DNA of 64,000 bases from Candidatus Peregrinibacteria bacterium (lineage in GTDB: Bacteria > Patescibacteriota > Gracilibacteria > Peribacterales > Peribacteraceae), in contig JAYUSS010000131.1 in assembly GCA_043755535.1 (NCBI GenBank), positions 10,829 to 74,828 on the forward strand. Reading direction: 5' to 3'. The notes below the pieces were generated by a model. That model was given only the letters and a program-made list of their open reading frames with translations, ran no database searches and was not told where the DNA came from. The first letter of the stretch is position 1. Every line of letters begins with the position of its first letter. Below are positions 63,180 to 64,000 of this stretch, piece after piece. The position numbers were made by a program, and so were the translations under genes.

Positions 63180-63617
63180 TTACTCATGATGTGCTTTTGC
63201 ATGCAAGCGATGGAACAACACTTGAGTTGTTTTCCTTCGTTCTTCATAAGGTCCATCTAATTTGTCGGTTACTTCTTCGGGGAAATAGCCAAAGACTCCA
63301 AGAAAGTATCGATATGAAACTTCTTCGTAAGGACCCAAGCTATAACTACCAGAAAAATATTCTCTGCATACATCTCGCGTGTGACGCACTATTTCATAAA
63401 GATCGATAATACTGAGTTCTCGTTCAATTTGGCTGGAGATATACTCGGCAATGCCTATTCCCCATTTGTAAGCAAGTTCATTAAATTCCTTGCTCTCATC
63501 AAGAGGAAATCCATTAGGCCAATCTTTTGCAATGTGCTCAGGAGGTTGAGGCCAAGGATTGACTGTATTATTGCTCAAGATGCAGACAGGAAAGTGTGAC
63601 AGTGTACCGTAGGACAT
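63180..63617 (-). CDS. Hypothetical protein, no recognisable domain
   Basis: 145-aa ORF. Confidence 0.4.
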   Translation of the reverse strand: MSYGTLSHFPVCILSNNTVNPWPQPPEHIAKDWPNGFPLDESKEFNELAYKWGIGIAEYISSQIERELSIIDLYEIVRHTRDVCREYFSGSYSLGPYEEVSYRYFLGVFGYFPEEVTDKLDGPYEERRKTTQVLFHRLHAKAHHE

Positions 63618-63759
63618 GAGGAATATCTAAATATACACTTTTATCTCTAAAATCATCCACCAGTCCCAGCCATTACTTTTTACACTTATAAACGAATAAT
63701 TTGGCTTAATATAGGCAAAAATAATGATCTCAAATTTTGCTCTGCACCAGTCTTCTTCG

Positions 63760-64000
63760 TTATTCTTTGAGGAGCTTCAGGAACGGTTTATTGATATACA
63801 ATTTTTCTCGGCCTATTTTTACAGATTCCAAGATGCCTATTGTGGCTAATCCATCCAGGTATTTTCGTGCTGTTTGTTCTTTTGCTATTCCTGCTTCGAT
63901 TAAAAATTGTGTTTTGCAATACGGTTGCTGAAATAGAAGGTCGAGTAGTTCTTTTGAGTAGGATGGAAATTCTTTCTTCATGTGTATTTTTGTCGTTTCC
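63760..64000 (-). CDS. Fic-family protein, C-terminal wHTH part only (gene runs off the window or is truncated)
   Basis: YSKELLDLLFQQPYCKTQFLIEAGIAKEQTARKYLDGLATIGILESVKIGREKLYIN matches the C-terminus of Fic/DOC proteins. The frame stays open upstream of the ATG to nt 64000. Confidence 0.6.
   Translation of the reverse strand, partial: ETTKIHMKKEFPSYSKELLDLLFQQPYCKTQFLIEAGIAKEQTARKYLDGLATIGILESVKIGREKLYINKPFLKLLKE

Larger units (their letters stand above)
48402..64000. mobile_element. Integrated mobile element at tRNA-Gln (right end not in window), compositionally mosaic
   Basis: Recombinase gene abutting the tRNA 3' end, AT-rich composition by eye, and cargo of polymerase/SRAP, type III R-M, a second recombinase, Rep-like and phage-like small genes. 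Confidence 0.7.

Noticed and set aside
1-64000. Alternative genetic code (UGA recoding, as in some candidate phyla)
   Set aside because: Housekeeping ORFs are full length under the standard code, and several end in TGA, for example pheT at 9315-9317 and the His-phosphatase gene. No family-like gene is interrupted by an in-frame TGA.
1-64000. rRNA, tmRNA, RNase P or riboswitch-like RNAs
   Set aside because: By eye I saw nothing resembling conserved rRNA blocks or these RNAs in the intergenic regions. Only three tRNAs fold convincingly. A covariance-model scan (Infernal/Rfam) would be needed to be sure.

Overview
64-kb chromosomal segment, apparently from an uncultivated small-genome bacterium. 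The genetic code is standard: ORFs are long and intact, and TGA, TAA and TAG are all used as stops. A CPR/Patescibacteria-like origin is only my inference. All calls come from reading the sequence and the ORF translations; no database search was run. GC-richer core stretches lie at about 1-32.4 kb, 33.5-34.7 kb and 42.8-48.4 kb. They carry a giant mosaic surface protein, M50 protease, rpmB, arfB, tRNA-Ser(GGA), pheT, a PduO-type adenosyltransferase, rpmH, M16 peptidase, ndk, a PurN-like formyltransferase, S41 protease, an RNase HI-like protein, VanW, recO, ftsX, a class A PBP, an IS200/IS605 tnpA, a LamG protein, a metallophosphoesterase, uvrA, an SLH protein, an alpha/beta hydrolase, an ABC-type ATPase, a His-phosphatase, tRNA-Arg(TCG), a SEC-C protein and tRNA-Gln(CTG). 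Three accessory blocks are AT-richer by eye. (i) 32.4-33.5 kb holds a frameshifted NYN gene and three TCGAATTCGA-core palindromes. (ii) 34.8-42.8 kb holds a type I R-M locus (hsdM-hsdS ... hsdR) with a stop-interrupted small ORF and a ParA-like ATPase wedged between S and R, followed by a wHTH-GHKL-STAS protein. (iii) An integrated element of at least 15.6 kb begins exactly at the 3' end of tRNA-Gln. It carries a large serine recombinase, a Ser->Cys resolvase-like protein, a UmuC-like polymerase with a minimal SRAP, type III mod/res, a PD-(D/E)xK + DUF5655-like protein, an XRE regulator, a second small serine recombinase, phage/plasmid-like small genes and a Fic fragment. The most unusual signal is a ~450-bp DUF559 (Vsr-like) endonuclease cassette with GC-rich, self-palindromic terminal inverted repeats and no start or stop of its own. 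It is present twice, once inserted in frame inside the adenosyltransferase gene. A second unusual signal is short-period (7- or 9-nt) word repeats that build intergenic hairpins and recur in frame inside uvrA, pheT and a lipoprotein linker. REP-like GC-rich modules also occur, including a 27-nt in-frame copy in both SLH repeats.
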